A stretch of 42,610 nucleotides of DNA from an uncultured Gammaproteobacteria bacterium (GTDB lineage: Bacteria; Patescibacteriota; Patescibacteriia; UBA1558; UBA10009), in contig CAZPMS010000005.1 of the NCBI GenBank assembly GCA_964588165.1, forward strand, positions 69,411 to 112,020, written 5' to 3'. Made by a program: the position numbers and the translations under genes. The notes beneath the pieces are model-generated. The model had not been told where the DNA came from. It worked only from the letters and a program-made list of their open reading frames with translations, and ran no database searches. Shown piece by piece: positions 24,024 to 32,520 of this stretch; within the stretch, counting starts at the first letter, position 1; every line of letters starts with the position of its first letter.

Positions 24024-24062
24024 ATAATTAGTAAAACAGGGTTTTAAAATAACTCTGTTTTT

Positions 24063-24431
24063 ATGTCCAGTAAATCAAAAATTGGCAAATTAGGCGAGAA
24101 ATTAGCTTGCCAGCATCTAAATCGCCATGGTTATAAGATAATTGGGAATAATTTTAGAATAAAGAGCGGTGAAATTGATATAATTTGCCAAAAAAATGAA
24201 AAATTGGTCTTTGTTGAAGTTAAAACACGGACAAGTTTAATCTTTGGATTCCCAGAAGAAGCTTTTGATGGTAGAAAGCAAGCCAGATTCAATAAGGCCG
24301 TTAATAGGTATTTGGTTGATAAAGAATATAATAAAGATTGGCAAATAGATTTAATTGCAATTCAGATAAAGAAATCACAAAAAAAAGCTTATCTTAGGCA
24401 TTTCCAAGCAGTAGAGATGGATAATTATTAA
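24063..24431 (+). CDS. yraN: YraN-family (UPF0102) endonuclease-fold protein
   Basis: 122 aa. GKLGEKLACQHLNRHGYKIIGNNFRIKSGEIDIICQKNEKLVFVEVKTR matches the YraN signature. Confidence 0.8.
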   Translation: MSSKSKIGKLGEKLACQHLNRHGYKIIGNNFRIKSGEIDIICQKNEKLVFVEVKTRTSLIFGFPEEAFDGRKQARFNKAVNRYLVDKEYNKDWQIDLIAIQIKKSQKKAYLRHFQAVEMDNY

Positions 24432-24484
24432 CAACTTATACTCATTTTTACCACTTGCTTTTTAGCCCATTTTTAAGTTAAGTT

Positions 24485-25597
24485 ATGGTGATGATAAGAA
24501 TAATTTTACTTACGGAAAAAAGAATATTTATAGGGGGAATAATTCTATTTTTAATTTTAACCGTTCTGCCATTTGGAGTGAGTGCAGCTGAGGGTGAATG
24601 CCATCTTAAGCATTGCTTGGTGCCTGCGCCAACAACCTTTACACCGGCAGAAAATGAAGTAACTTCTGCCAGGCCAGCCATAACCGGCTTAACTTGGAAA
24701 ACAACTGTGGTAAAGGTTTTTTTAGACGGCGTGGAACTTACTGGAGTAAAACAAGTTAAACATGAAGATTATTACGGCAGTTTTTATGTGAAGCCTTCTT
24801 TTAACTTGGCCCCAGGTAGGCATTATGTTTACACCATTGCATATAGTGAAAAGCCAGGTTGGTATGATCAAAGCAAAGAATCTGAATATATTTATTTTAA
24901 TGTTCCAGAGCCTAAGCCTATAACTAAAGAACCGGCTGATCCTGCTTCTGATGAATTGGATCAAGATAAACCAATAGATATTATTGAACCGAAAGTTGAA
25001 CAAGAAGTTGATATTATTGAACCAGATCAAGAACTTCATCAAGTAGAAGTAGAGGCTGGCCGTATAGAGGGCGGTGTTTCAATTGAAACTGAAACTACTA
25101 TTACAAAAGCAGATTTAATGAAAGAAGAAGAGCTTGGTGAATCTAATAATACACTTCAAGAAGCAGCAACTTTTAGTGAGTTAGGCAACGCTTTAGAAGG
25201 CGAATTTAAAGAAAAGAAGCTACAGGAGAAAATGAAACGCAACCGAGTTATCGGCATATCTTTACTGGCTTTACTGATGGTGATTGTATTTGTTTGGCTG
25301 GCTGTTAGCCGGGGCAATATTAAAAAAGATTTTAAAAGAGAAGGAGAAGGTGGCCTGCCTCCTCCGCCTGTTCCGCCTTCCACTAAGCCACCCGAAAGCC
25401 CGCCGACTTGGATTAATGAAGTCCCGAAGAAAACATCTAATGAGGAAATAAAGATAGAGCCGATAAAGCCGGAAGAAGATGATTCAGCAATAGATTCCTT
25501 GGTTCAAGAAGAAATGGATTACTGGGCCTCTCCACCACCTTCCGCTTATACACCTTATCCTACTGAAAAAGACGACCAAGAAAAACTTGACAATTAG
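24485..25597 (+). CDS. Surface or membrane protein: signal or N-anchor, Ig-like module, acidic linker, TM helix, Pro-rich tail
   Basis: 370 aa. N-terminal hydrophobic IFIGGIILFLILTVLPFGVSA. Acidic repeats DIIEPKVEQEVDIIEPDQE. TM VIGISLLALLMVIVFVWLAV. LPPPPVPPSTKPPESPP. Confidence 0.55.
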   Translation: MVMIRIILLTEKRIFIGGIILFLILTVLPFGVSAAEGECHLKHCLVPAPTTFTPAENEVTSARPAITGLTWKTTVVKVFLDGVELTGVKQVKHEDYYGSFYVKPSFNLAPGRHYVYTIAYSEKPGWYDQSKESEYIYFNVPEPKPITKEPADPASDELDQDKPIDIIEPKVEQEVDIIEPDQELHQVEVEAGRIEGGVSIETETTITKADLMKEEELGESNNTLQEAATFSELGNALEGEFKEKKLQEKMKRNRVIGISLLALLMVIVFVWLAVSRGNIKKDFKREGEGGLPPPPVPPSTKPPESPPTWINEVPKKTSNEEIKIEPIKPEEDDSAIDSLVQEEMDYWASPPPSAYTPYPTEKDDQEKLDN

Positions 25598-25671
25598 AAA
25601 ATAGATTGATATATTGAAATTAAGCTAGTGTTAATAACACTAGCTTTTTTTAAACCTTTAATACAAAATTT

Positions 25672-27030
25672 ATGTCAGATTTAAAAAATGCTATTCAGCA
25701 GATTTGTGATGAAAAAAATATTTCTCTTGATTCTGTTCTATCAACTATAGAAGCAGCTTTGGCTGCTGCTTTTAGGAAAGATTTTGGCCAAAAAAATCAA
25801 AATATCCAAGTTAATTTTGATCTTGATACCGGAGATATGGAAGTTTTTGATGTTAAAATTGTGGTAGAAGATATGGATTTGGAAGAACTGGAAAAAGAAC
25901 GTGAGGAGTTTGAAAAGAAAAAGGAAGCTGGTGAAGAAGTGGACGAAGAAAGCCTTAGAAAATTCAATCCCAAAATCGAAATTATGCTATCTGAAGCTAA
26001 AGAATTAAAAGCTAAGGCAAAAACTGGTGAGGAGATTAAAACAAAGCTGGAAGTGCCGGATGAATTTGGCAGAATGGCAGCTCAAACAGCCAAACAGGTT
26101 ATCATCCAACGTTTAAGGGAGGCCGAAAGAGAAGTTATTTATAATGAATTCAAAGAGAAAGAAGGCAAGATAGTTACCGGCTCCATCCAACGCAGAGAAG
26201 GCAAAATAGTCTTTGTTGATATCGGACAAACTTTAGCCATTATGACTCCCGAGGAGCAGATTTTTTCCGAGAGGTATGAATCGGGCCAACGTTTTAAGTT
26301 TTATCTTGTTTCTGTTAATATGACTCCTAAAGGTCCAGAATTAATAGTTTCCAGAACCCACTCCAGTTTGTTAAACGAATTATTTAAAACCGAAGTGCCG
26401 GAAATAGAAGCAGGTACAGTAGAAATTAAGTCGGTAGCCAGAGAAGCAGGCGCCAGATCTAAAATTGCCGTAATTTCTAACCAAGAAAATATTGATCCGG
26501 TTGGTTCATGTGTGGGCCAAAGGGGTACCAGGGTTCAAACAGTAATCACTGAACTGGGCGGTGAAAAAATTGATATTGTAGAATGGTCCGAGGAACCGGA
26601 AAAATTTATTACTTCTGCTTTGTCTCCAGCTAAAGTGGAATCGGTAAAAGTAAATGAAAAAGAAAAAACAGCCGTGGTTAAAGTAAAAGAAGACCAACTT
26701 TCATTAGCCATTGGCCGCGACGGTCAAAATGTTAGGTTAGCAGCCAAGTTAACTGACTGGAAAATTGATATAGAAGGCGCTGAAAAAGTTTTGGAAAAAA
26801 CTTCTGAAGATAAATCAGACGAGCCGAAGCCAGAGGAAAAAGAAGATAAAAAAAAGTCTAAAGCTAAAAAAGAACCATCCTCCGTTGAAGCTACGGATGA
26901 TAAAGAAGACAAAGAAAAATCAAAAAAGAAAGATAAAAAGGAAGAAGCCAAGGAAGAAGTTGAAGAGGAAGTAACAACTGATGAAAAACCTAAGGAGAAA
27001 AAATCAAAAAAACAGGAAAGTGAGAAATAG
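25672..27030 (+). CDS. nusA: Transcription termination/antitermination factor NusA with Lys/Glu-rich C-terminal tail
   Basis: 452 aa. S1 region GKIVTGSIQRREGKIVFVDIG. KH motifs GSCVGQRGTRVQ and LAIGRDGQNVRLA. Confidence 0.9.
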   Translation: MSDLKNAIQQICDEKNISLDSVLSTIEAALAAAFRKDFGQKNQNIQVNFDLDTGDMEVFDVKIVVEDMDLEELEKEREEFEKKKEAGEEVDEESLRKFNPKIEIMLSEAKELKAKAKTGEEIKTKLEVPDEFGRMAAQTAKQVIIQRLREAEREVIYNEFKEKEGKIVTGSIQRREGKIVFVDIGQTLAIMTPEEQIFSERYESGQRFKFYLVSVNMTPKGPELIVSRTHSSLLNELFKTEVPEIEAGTVEIKSVAREAGARSKIAVISNQENIDPVGSCVGQRGTRVQTVITELGGEKIDIVEWSEEPEKFITSALSPAKVESVKVNEKEKTAVVKVKEDQLSLAIGRDGQNVRLAAKLTDWKIDIEGAEKVLEKTSEDKSDEPKPEEKEDKKKSKAKKEPSSVEATDDKEDKEKSKKKDKKEEAKEEVEEEVTTDEKPKEKKSKKQESEK

Positions 27031-27071
27031 GATAAATAATCAATAATCAATTATTAATAATCATTAAACCT

Positions 27072-29063
27072 ATGTCAATGAGCGTAATTTTTTCACTTGT
27101 GGCTGCAGCTGCAGCCATTATTTATGGAATTATTTTAATTCAAACGGTTTTTAAAAAACCGGCCGGTTCTGAAAAAATGCAAGAGATTGCTAAAGCCATT
27201 CAGGTGGGGGCTAAGGCCTATTTAAACCGCCAATATAAAACTATTGCTTTAATTGCTGTAGTTTTATTTGTTGTATTATGGTTGGTTTTAGGCATGGATA
27301 TTGCCTTGGGCTTTATTGTGGGCGCAGTTTTATCAGCTTTAACCGGTTATATAGGCATGAATGTTTCGGTAAAGGCCAATGTTAGAACCACTGAAGCCGC
27401 TAAAACAGGTTTAAAACAAGCTTTAACTGTAGCCATAAGGGGCGGAGCTGTTACCGGTTTTTTGGTAGTTGGCTTGGGCCTCTTAGGTGTGGCTGGTTTT
27501 TATGCTTTAGGCGGAAGCATCCATGCTTTAATTGGTTTAGGCTTTGGCGGTAGTTTAATTTCTATATTTGCGCGTTTGGGCGGCGGTATTTTTACCAAAG
27601 CAGCTGATGTAGGTGCAGACTTAGTTGGCAAGGTTGAAGCTGGCATCCCAGAAGATGATCCCAGGAACCCGGCTGTAATTGCTGATAATGTAGGCGATAA
27701 TGTAGGCGATTGTGCTGGCATGGCCGCTGACTTGTTTGAAACTTACGCTGTTACTTCTGTAGCGGCTATGTTACTTGGAGCCTTAGCTTTTGGCAATAAT
27801 GAAAACGCCATGGTTTATCCATTGGTGATTGGCGGCCTTTCTATAATCAGTTCCATTGTGGGCAGTTGGTTTATCCGCTTGGGTAAGAAAGAAAATATCA
27901 TGGGTGCTTTATATAAAGGTTTAATAGCTGCCGGTGTTATTGCAGCAATTTTGTTTTACCCTGTTACTAACTGGTTGATGAAAGGCGTTGTAGGCTCCAC
28001 CTTAAATTTATATTTGGCTGCATTGATTGGTTTAGTAGTAACGGCTTTAATGGTTTTTATTACTGAATACTATACTTCTACAAAATATAGGCCGGTAAAG
28101 GCTATTGCTAAAGCATCCGAAACCGGACACGGCACCAATATTATTACTGGCCTGGCTGTTTCTATGAAATCTACAGCTTGGCCGATGATAGTAATTGTAG
28201 CCGCCATTTTAGGGGCCTACTATCTGGCTGGTTTATATGGCGTGGCCATTGCGGCTATGAGCATGCTTTCTTTAACTGGGATAATTGTAGCCATTGATGC
28301 TTACGGCCCAATCACAGATAATGCCGGTGGCATTGCCGAAATGGCCGGCTTAGATGAATCTATAAGGAAGATTACTGATGAATTGGATGCCGTGGGCAAC
28401 ACCACTAAAGCAGTTACCAAAGGCTATGCCATTGCTTCGGCCGGATTGGCAGCTTTGGTTTTATTTTCTTCTTATGTTCAAGAATTTGCTGATAGAGGAA
28501 TTTATTTACAATTTCCTTTAGAAAATCCATTGGTATTGGTTGGCTTATTTATTGGTGGCCTATTGCCTTATATATTTGGCGCCCTAAGTATGGAAGCTGT
28601 GGCTAAGGCAGCTGGCGGTGTAGTAGAAGAAGTAAGAAGCCAGTTTAAAAATAACCCAGGTATTATGGAAGGCACAAGCAAGCCGGATTATTCTAAAACA
28701 GTAGACCTGGTTACTAAATCTGCTCTAAGGCAAATGATTGTACCAGCTTTAATTCCGGTAGTTGTTCCTATTTTGGTAGGCTTTATTTTAGGACCGGTTG
28801 CTTTAGGCGGTTTATTAGTTGGTTCGATTATTACTGGATTGTTTATTGCCCTTTCTATGACATCAGGTGGAGGTGCTTGGGATAACGCCAAAAAATATAT
28901 AGAAGAAGGCAATCATGGCGGCAAAGGCAGCGAGGCACACAAAGCAGCAGTAACAGGTGATACAGTTGGTGATCCTTATAAAGATACAGCCGGCCCGGCC
29001 ATTAATCCAATGATTAAGATATTGAATGTGGTAGCCCTTTTATTGGTAGCTTTATTGATTTAA
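27072..29063 (+). CDS. hppA: Membrane-integral H+-translocating pyrophosphatase, K+-independent type
   Basis: 663 aa, many TM helices. [56 protein letters not shown]. Confidence 0.95.
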   Translation: MSMSVIFSLVAAAAAIIYGIILIQTVFKKPAGSEKMQEIAKAIQVGAKAYLNRQYKTIALIAVVLFVVLWLVLGMDIALGFIVGAVLSALTGYIGMNVSVKANVRTTEAAKTGLKQALTVAIRGGAVTGFLVVGLGLLGVAGFYALGGSIHALIGLGFGGSLISIFARLGGGIFTKAADVGADLVGKVEAGIPEDDPRNPAVIADNVGDNVGDCAGMAADLFETYAVTSVAAMLLGALAFGNNENAMVYPLVIGGLSIISSIVGSWFIRLGKKENIMGALYKGLIAAGVIAAILFYPVTNWLMKGVVGSTLNLYLAALIGLVVTALMVFITEYYTSTKYRPVKAIAKASETGHGTNIITGLAVSMKSTAWPMIVIVAAILGAYYLAGLYGVAIAAMSMLSLTGIIVAIDAYGPITDNAGGIAEMAGLDESIRKITDELDAVGNTTKAVTKGYAIASAGLAALVLFSSYVQEFADRGIYLQFPLENPLVLVGLFIGGLLPYIFGALSMEAVAKAAGGVVEEVRSQFKNNPGIMEGTSKPDYSKTVDLVTKSALRQMIVPALIPVVVPILVGFILGPVALGGLLVGSIITGLFIALSMTSGGGAWDNAKKYIEEGNHGGKGSEAHKAAVTGDTVGDPYKDTAGPAINPMIKILNVVALLLVALLI

Positions 29064-29119
29064 AATAGTTTTTGAAAGAAACCGATCTTTTACATTTTTT
29101 GTACAACTAGGAGGAACTG

Positions 29120-29818
29120 ATGAACGACAGTATTATTGTTGCTTTAGATGGTATGCCCAAAAATCGTGCCTTGAAAATGGCCATGCTTCTTTCGGGCAAA
29201 CCAGGTTTGTGGGGATTCAAACTCAATGATTTATTGGGTGAGTATGGTTATTCGGTTATTGCTGAAATCGGTCAGTATGGTCGAGTGTTTGCCGATCCGA
29301 AGCAGCATGACGTGCCTCCAACTGGCATGAATTTCGGTCGCAAACTTTTAGAGTACTCACCAAGCCTGGTGACTGTGCATGCTTCGGCTGGGCCTGAATT
29401 CATGATGAAGTTTGGTGAGGGTCTGGGCGGTATGTCTAAGGTGCTGGCAGTGACTGTTCTTACCAGTATGAGCGAGGAACAGTGTCAACTTACCTATGGC
29501 GGTTCGGTCAAGGCGACCGTTCTCAAGTTTTCGAGATGGGCAAAGTTGGCTGGAGCACCACAGGTTGTGTGCTCAGCTCGTGACTTTTCGGTCTTCGATG
29601 ATAATTTGGAAATCAAAGATCTGAAAAAAGTGACGCCAGCCATTCGACCGTTGTGGTATCAGGAATTGAAACCCGACTTTGATTATCAGCGAAGGAAAAC
29701 CACGGCTAAGGATGCGGTTGAGGGTGGATCGGATTTGCAAGTGATTGGAACTCCGATCATTACGGCAGAAGATCCAGTTGAGGCACTTCGTTTAACTGTG
29801 GAGGAAACAAACGGCTAG
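29120..29818 (+). CDS. pyrF: Orotidine-5'-phosphate decarboxylase family protein
   Basis: 232 aa. IIVALD, DxKxxD as ADPKQHDVPPT, VTVHASAG, TPAIRP, VIGTPIITAEDP. AGGAGG lies 6 nt upstream. GC-richer than its neighbours. Confidence 0.65.
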   Translation: MNDSIIVALDGMPKNRALKMAMLLSGKPGLWGFKLNDLLGEYGYSVIAEIGQYGRVFADPKQHDVPPTGMNFGRKLLEYSPSLVTVHASAGPEFMMKFGEGLGGMSKVLAVTVLTSMSEEQCQLTYGGSVKATVLKFSRWAKLAGAPQVVCSARDFSVFDDNLEIKDLKKVTPAIRPLWYQELKPDFDYQRRKTTAKDAVEGGSDLQVIGTPIITAEDPVEALRLTVEETNG

Positions 29819-29841
29819 TTTTGGATCTTATACATAGTATT

Positions 29842-29872
29842 AAAAGCTTTGCTTTTTCAGCAAAGCTTTTTT
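29842..29872. terminator. Hairpin terminator after the pyrF-like gene
   Basis: AAAAGCTTTGC (29842-29852) pairs with GCAAAGCTTTT (29860-29870). T-run follows. Confidence 0.75.
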
Positions 29873-29873
29873 A

Positions 29874-29907
29874 AATAAAAAAACCGCCAAAGATGTATTT
29901 GACGGTT
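29874..29907 (-). terminator. Terminator of the 30814-29915 membrane protein gene
   Basis: AACCG (29882-29886) pairs with CGGTT (29903-29907). The A-run on the plus strand is a T-run on the minus strand. Confidence 0.5.
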
Positions 29908-29914
29908 AGCAAAA

Positions 29915-30814
29915 TTATTCTTGCCAAGGATTTTGTCCAAGAGCATCTTCAAGCAGCACAACCTCTCCCCGGCTTATTAGGTCTTTTAAAACACCAGGAC
30001 CAAGCACAAAGACTCGGGGTTTAGCTGAGGGATGGAGAGTTTCACAAGCATATGGATAACGTTGAATAACTACATCCTTAACCCAGTTCCACCAGTGGGC
30101 AGACAGATTTTTCCGAGCGATCCTTTTGGTCCAAGGCCTGATTATGCCAAGGGTAATAAAATTGGTTAAAATAAAAGTAAGCAACCAAATAATAAACAAA
30201 AGGTAATTCTGCTGGAAAAGGCTGGTTAGGCTGGCGGCTAAAAAGGTAACTATCATCCCCCGCCAGTAACTTTTAGGGATTCCTAAACGGAAATTTTGGA
30301 ACCAAGGCACGAAGTTTTTATTATGCCTGGCGGGTCCGTAGTAAGGGTGGATTAAAAACCAAATATAGTCTTCCACTACCACCAGTTCAATATAGCAGCA
30401 AGCTGCCAAGGTAAATAAAGCCCAAAAGGCCGGCCAATTCCACTCTTCCCCCATAAATAAAGTGTAGGCCGGAATAAAAAATATTACTCCGGCATAGATG
30501 GCCATCCAAATAAGCATGGAATTCAGGTGATATTCGGTAGCCCACTTATCCTGTCCGGTAATCCATCGGAAAAATTTGCTGTACCAGTGGCTAATAGAAA
30601 ACCGGTTGGTAAAAGTTAAGGCGCTCCAGCCAAATGGCCCTTCAATAGCTACTTCTTGCTTAGCAATTAGAATAGCCGGAATAATAATTGAAGCTGTTGC
30701 CAGTAGGGCATAAAGCAGATGGGCAACTTCTATTCCAAACATAACTACTCCGAAGTTTAGTTGTTTTTTATGTGCTGAATATAATAAATTATCAAAGAGT
30801 TTGGTTTTTGTCAA
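29915..30814 (-). CDS. Polytopic membrane protein (6-7 TM), function unknown
   Basis: 299-aa ORF rich in Trp/Phe/Tyr with multiple hydrophobic helices. A possible alternative start is Met25 (MFGIEVAHLLY). Confidence 0.55.
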   Translation of the reverse strand: MTKTKLFDNLLYSAHKKQLNFGVVMFGIEVAHLLYALLATASIIIPAILIAKQEVAIEGPFGWSALTFTNRFSISHWYSKFFRWITGQDKWATEYHLNSMLIWMAIYAGVIFFIPAYTLFMGEEWNWPAFWALFTLAACCYIELVVVEDYIWFLIHPYYGPARHNKNFVPWFQNFRLGIPKSYWRGMIVTFLAASLTSLFQQNYLLFIIWLLTFILTNFITLGIIRPWTKRIARKNLSAHWWNWVKDVVIQRYPYACETLHPSAKPRVFVLGPGVLKDLISRGEVVLLEDALGQNPWQE

Positions 30815-30816
30815 TA

Positions 30817-30855
30817 TAAAAAAAGAAACCCTGTCTACAAAAGTAAACAGGGTTT
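30817..30855 (-). terminator. Terminator of the 31480-30899 gene
   Basis: AAACCCTGT (30826-30834) pairs with ACAGGGTTT (30847-30855). The A-run at 30817-30824 is a T-run on the minus strand. Confidence 0.65.
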
Positions 30856-30898
30856 GCTGTATTCGCAGGGGGGTATGATTACCCCTGCCCAGGGCGGA

Positions 30899-31480
30899 TC
30901 AGACGAAGCTCAATTGTACGGATGGAAGGTTGAGGTGAATACCATCATAATCGAATTGATCGAAGGTCGAATAATTCAATCGCAGGATGGTTTCAACCTC
31001 TTGGAATTTTCCCGGATCCGATACGGTCCAGTAGTCGTTGAAGTATCCGCCGATGCTGCCAGCTGCCATCATATTGTCAGTTGGACAGTTCATCGTGAAT
31101 GCATTCTGATCGCAGCCTCCAAAACCAAATAGTTCGTTATTTTCCCAGTCATGCCAATAATCCGGCATGATTACATTTTCGCCGAAATCGCCGAGGGTAC
31201 TTTCATCATCAATATAAAAGGCGTTTACGGCTGTGTTGTTGACCGTTTCTGCAATCGGCAGAGGCGGGGCCAGCGACCCGGGCGAGTAGACGGCGTATTC
31301 GATGGTGAACGGATGCTCGTACATCAACGAGATACGGTCCAGCGCGACCGGAACATCAAAATCGGTGGAAGACACTTCAGAGCTTATGGCGAAGGAATCT
31401 TCAACCATTGGCGGCCCAGTATCAACGAACCAGGCGAGCAAGAAGAGCATCACAAACATCAGAATGACGTGTCGTTTCAT
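30899..31480 (-). CDS. Secreted orphan protein (signal peptide followed by a GPP motif)
   Basis: 193 aa. N-terminus MKRHVILMFVMLFLLAWFVDTGPP. GGAGG lies 9 nt upstream. About 50% GC (31/60 at 31021-31080). TTGACA-N17-TATTAT promoter with a ~110-nt leader. Confidence 0.6.
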   Translation of the reverse strand: MKRHVILMFVMLFLLAWFVDTGPPMVEDSFAISSEVSSTDFDVPVALDRISLMYEHPFTIEYAVYSPGSLAPPLPIAETVNNTAVNAFYIDDESTLGDFGENVIMPDYWHDWENNELFGFGGCDQNAFTMNCPTDNMMAAGSIGGYFNDYWTVSDPGKFQEVETILRLNYSTFDQFDYDGIHLNLPSVQLSFV

Positions 31481-31655
31481 ACTCGGTTTCCTCCGTGTGT
31501 TGGGTTGCTACTTCCCAGTGTTTTACCGGGATTATATTTATAATGTTTTGTTTAAAGGTTCTAATTGCGAATAAAGCATAATAACACAATATACTATCTG
31601 TGTCAATACTAAATTATAGCTATATTAATTTAACATAAGCTATTTTTTTTGGCAA

Positions 31656-31690
31656 ATAAAAAGAGCCCATCATTTATGAGTGACGGGCTC
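31656..31690 (-). terminator. Terminator of the 32304-31738 gene
   Basis: GAGCCC (31663-31668) pairs with GGGCTC (31685-31690). The A-run on the plus strand is a T-run on the minus strand. Confidence 0.65.
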
Positions 31691-31737
31691 CAGAGCTGTT
31701 CTTGCTACTTGCTACCGGATCGAAAGGGATCCATTCC

Positions 31738-32304
31738 CTACGTCGTTGATCCGGCAGATTGAAGCGAGCTTCTATTGAACGGGTTGTTGATGCTTCGAAT
31801 CAGCATGATAGTTTCAACCCCGGGCACTTCTTCGCCATAAACGGTATGATGGTTGTTGCGCGCGTTCTGCGAATTGCTCAGGCCTACCACGATCACAATA
31901 TCTTTGGCATCGAGCGACCTCATCAAATCACTTACGTGGTTAAACGTGCCAAGAATGGCGTAATCGCTAACGTTTGGAACCGGCCGTTCGTTTGAGTCGT
32001 TCAGATACTGCACATCGTTGAGCACAACGAGTTTGGCATCGAGCGACCCCATTAGTAATGTTTCGTCGTTGCCAGCAATCATCATGGTCTGGTTCAGACT
32101 CGGCACGATGTTTGCAACTTGACTGCCGTCAACCACCGCCTGGTTGAACGGGGTCGTAATCACGAAGTTGAACGGGGTCGTAATCACGAAATCGAATGTT
32201 GCCATGTTATCATCGGTCGCCCCGATGTAGGGTGGGCCGATGGCATGGCTCAAACCAATGACCATGAATAACATGGCCATCAAAACAAGGAGCAGATGTT
32301 TCAT
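31738..32304 (-). CDS. Secreted orphan protein (signal peptide followed by a GPP motif) with an internal 8-aa duplication
   Basis: 188 aa. N-terminus MKHLLLVLMAMLFMVIGLSHAIGPP. GGAGG lies 10 nt upstream. FDFVITTPFNFVITTPFN is encoded by a 24-bp tandem repeat. Confidence 0.6.
   Translation of the reverse strand: MKHLLLVLMAMLFMVIGLSHAIGPPYIGATDDNMATFDFVITTPFNFVITTPFNQAVVDGSQVANIVPSLNQTMMIAGNDETLLMGSLDAKLVVLNDVQYLNDSNERPVPNVSDYAILGTFNHVSDLMRSLDAKDIVIVVGLSNSQNARNNHHTVYGEEVPGVETIMLIRSINNPFNRSSLQSAGSTT
32144..32191. repeat. 24-bp tandem duplication inside the secreted-protein gene
   Basis: TTGAACGGGGTCGTAATCACGAAG (32144-32167) and TTGAACGGGGTCGTAATCACGAAA (32168-32191). In frame. Confidence 0.9.
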
Positions 32305-32444
32305 CCTATGCTACCTCCGTTTTTTTGCCTAGTTAATTAACCAGGCTATTTCCCCTAAAAGGGGTTGGGATTGAATGAACAAAATGTAAATTTTTTAAAA
32401 TTACTATTTAATTAAAACACATTTTTTTATTTTTTGCAAAGGTT

Positions 32445-32487
32445 AGCCGATAATCGGCTTGACAAACTGTTATGGGTAAATTACAAT
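32445..32487 (+). promoter_or_regulatory. tig promoter with abutting 15-bp palindrome AGCCGATAATCGGCT
   Basis: Palindrome at 32445-32459 overlaps the first T of TTGACA (32459-32464). 17-nt spacer. TACAAT at 32482-32487. Confidence 0.5.
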
Positions 32488-32520
32488 ATACCCTACATTT
32501 ATAAATAAATTTTTAAAATC

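Noticed and set aside
26724-27050. Ser/Phe-rich 108-aa minus-strand ORF, plus 26506-26697 and 24722-25042, 25156-25383
   Set aside because: They are mirror frames of Lys/Glu-rich or acidic low-complexity coding sequence (the NusA tail and the surface protein). They are compositional artefacts.
30854-31574. Plus-strand ORFs 30854-31132, 31151-31543 and 31302-31574 across the GC-rich island
   Set aside because: High GC content opens long frames on both strands. Only the minus-strand ORF has a GGAGG SD, a signal peptide, a promoter and a terminator.
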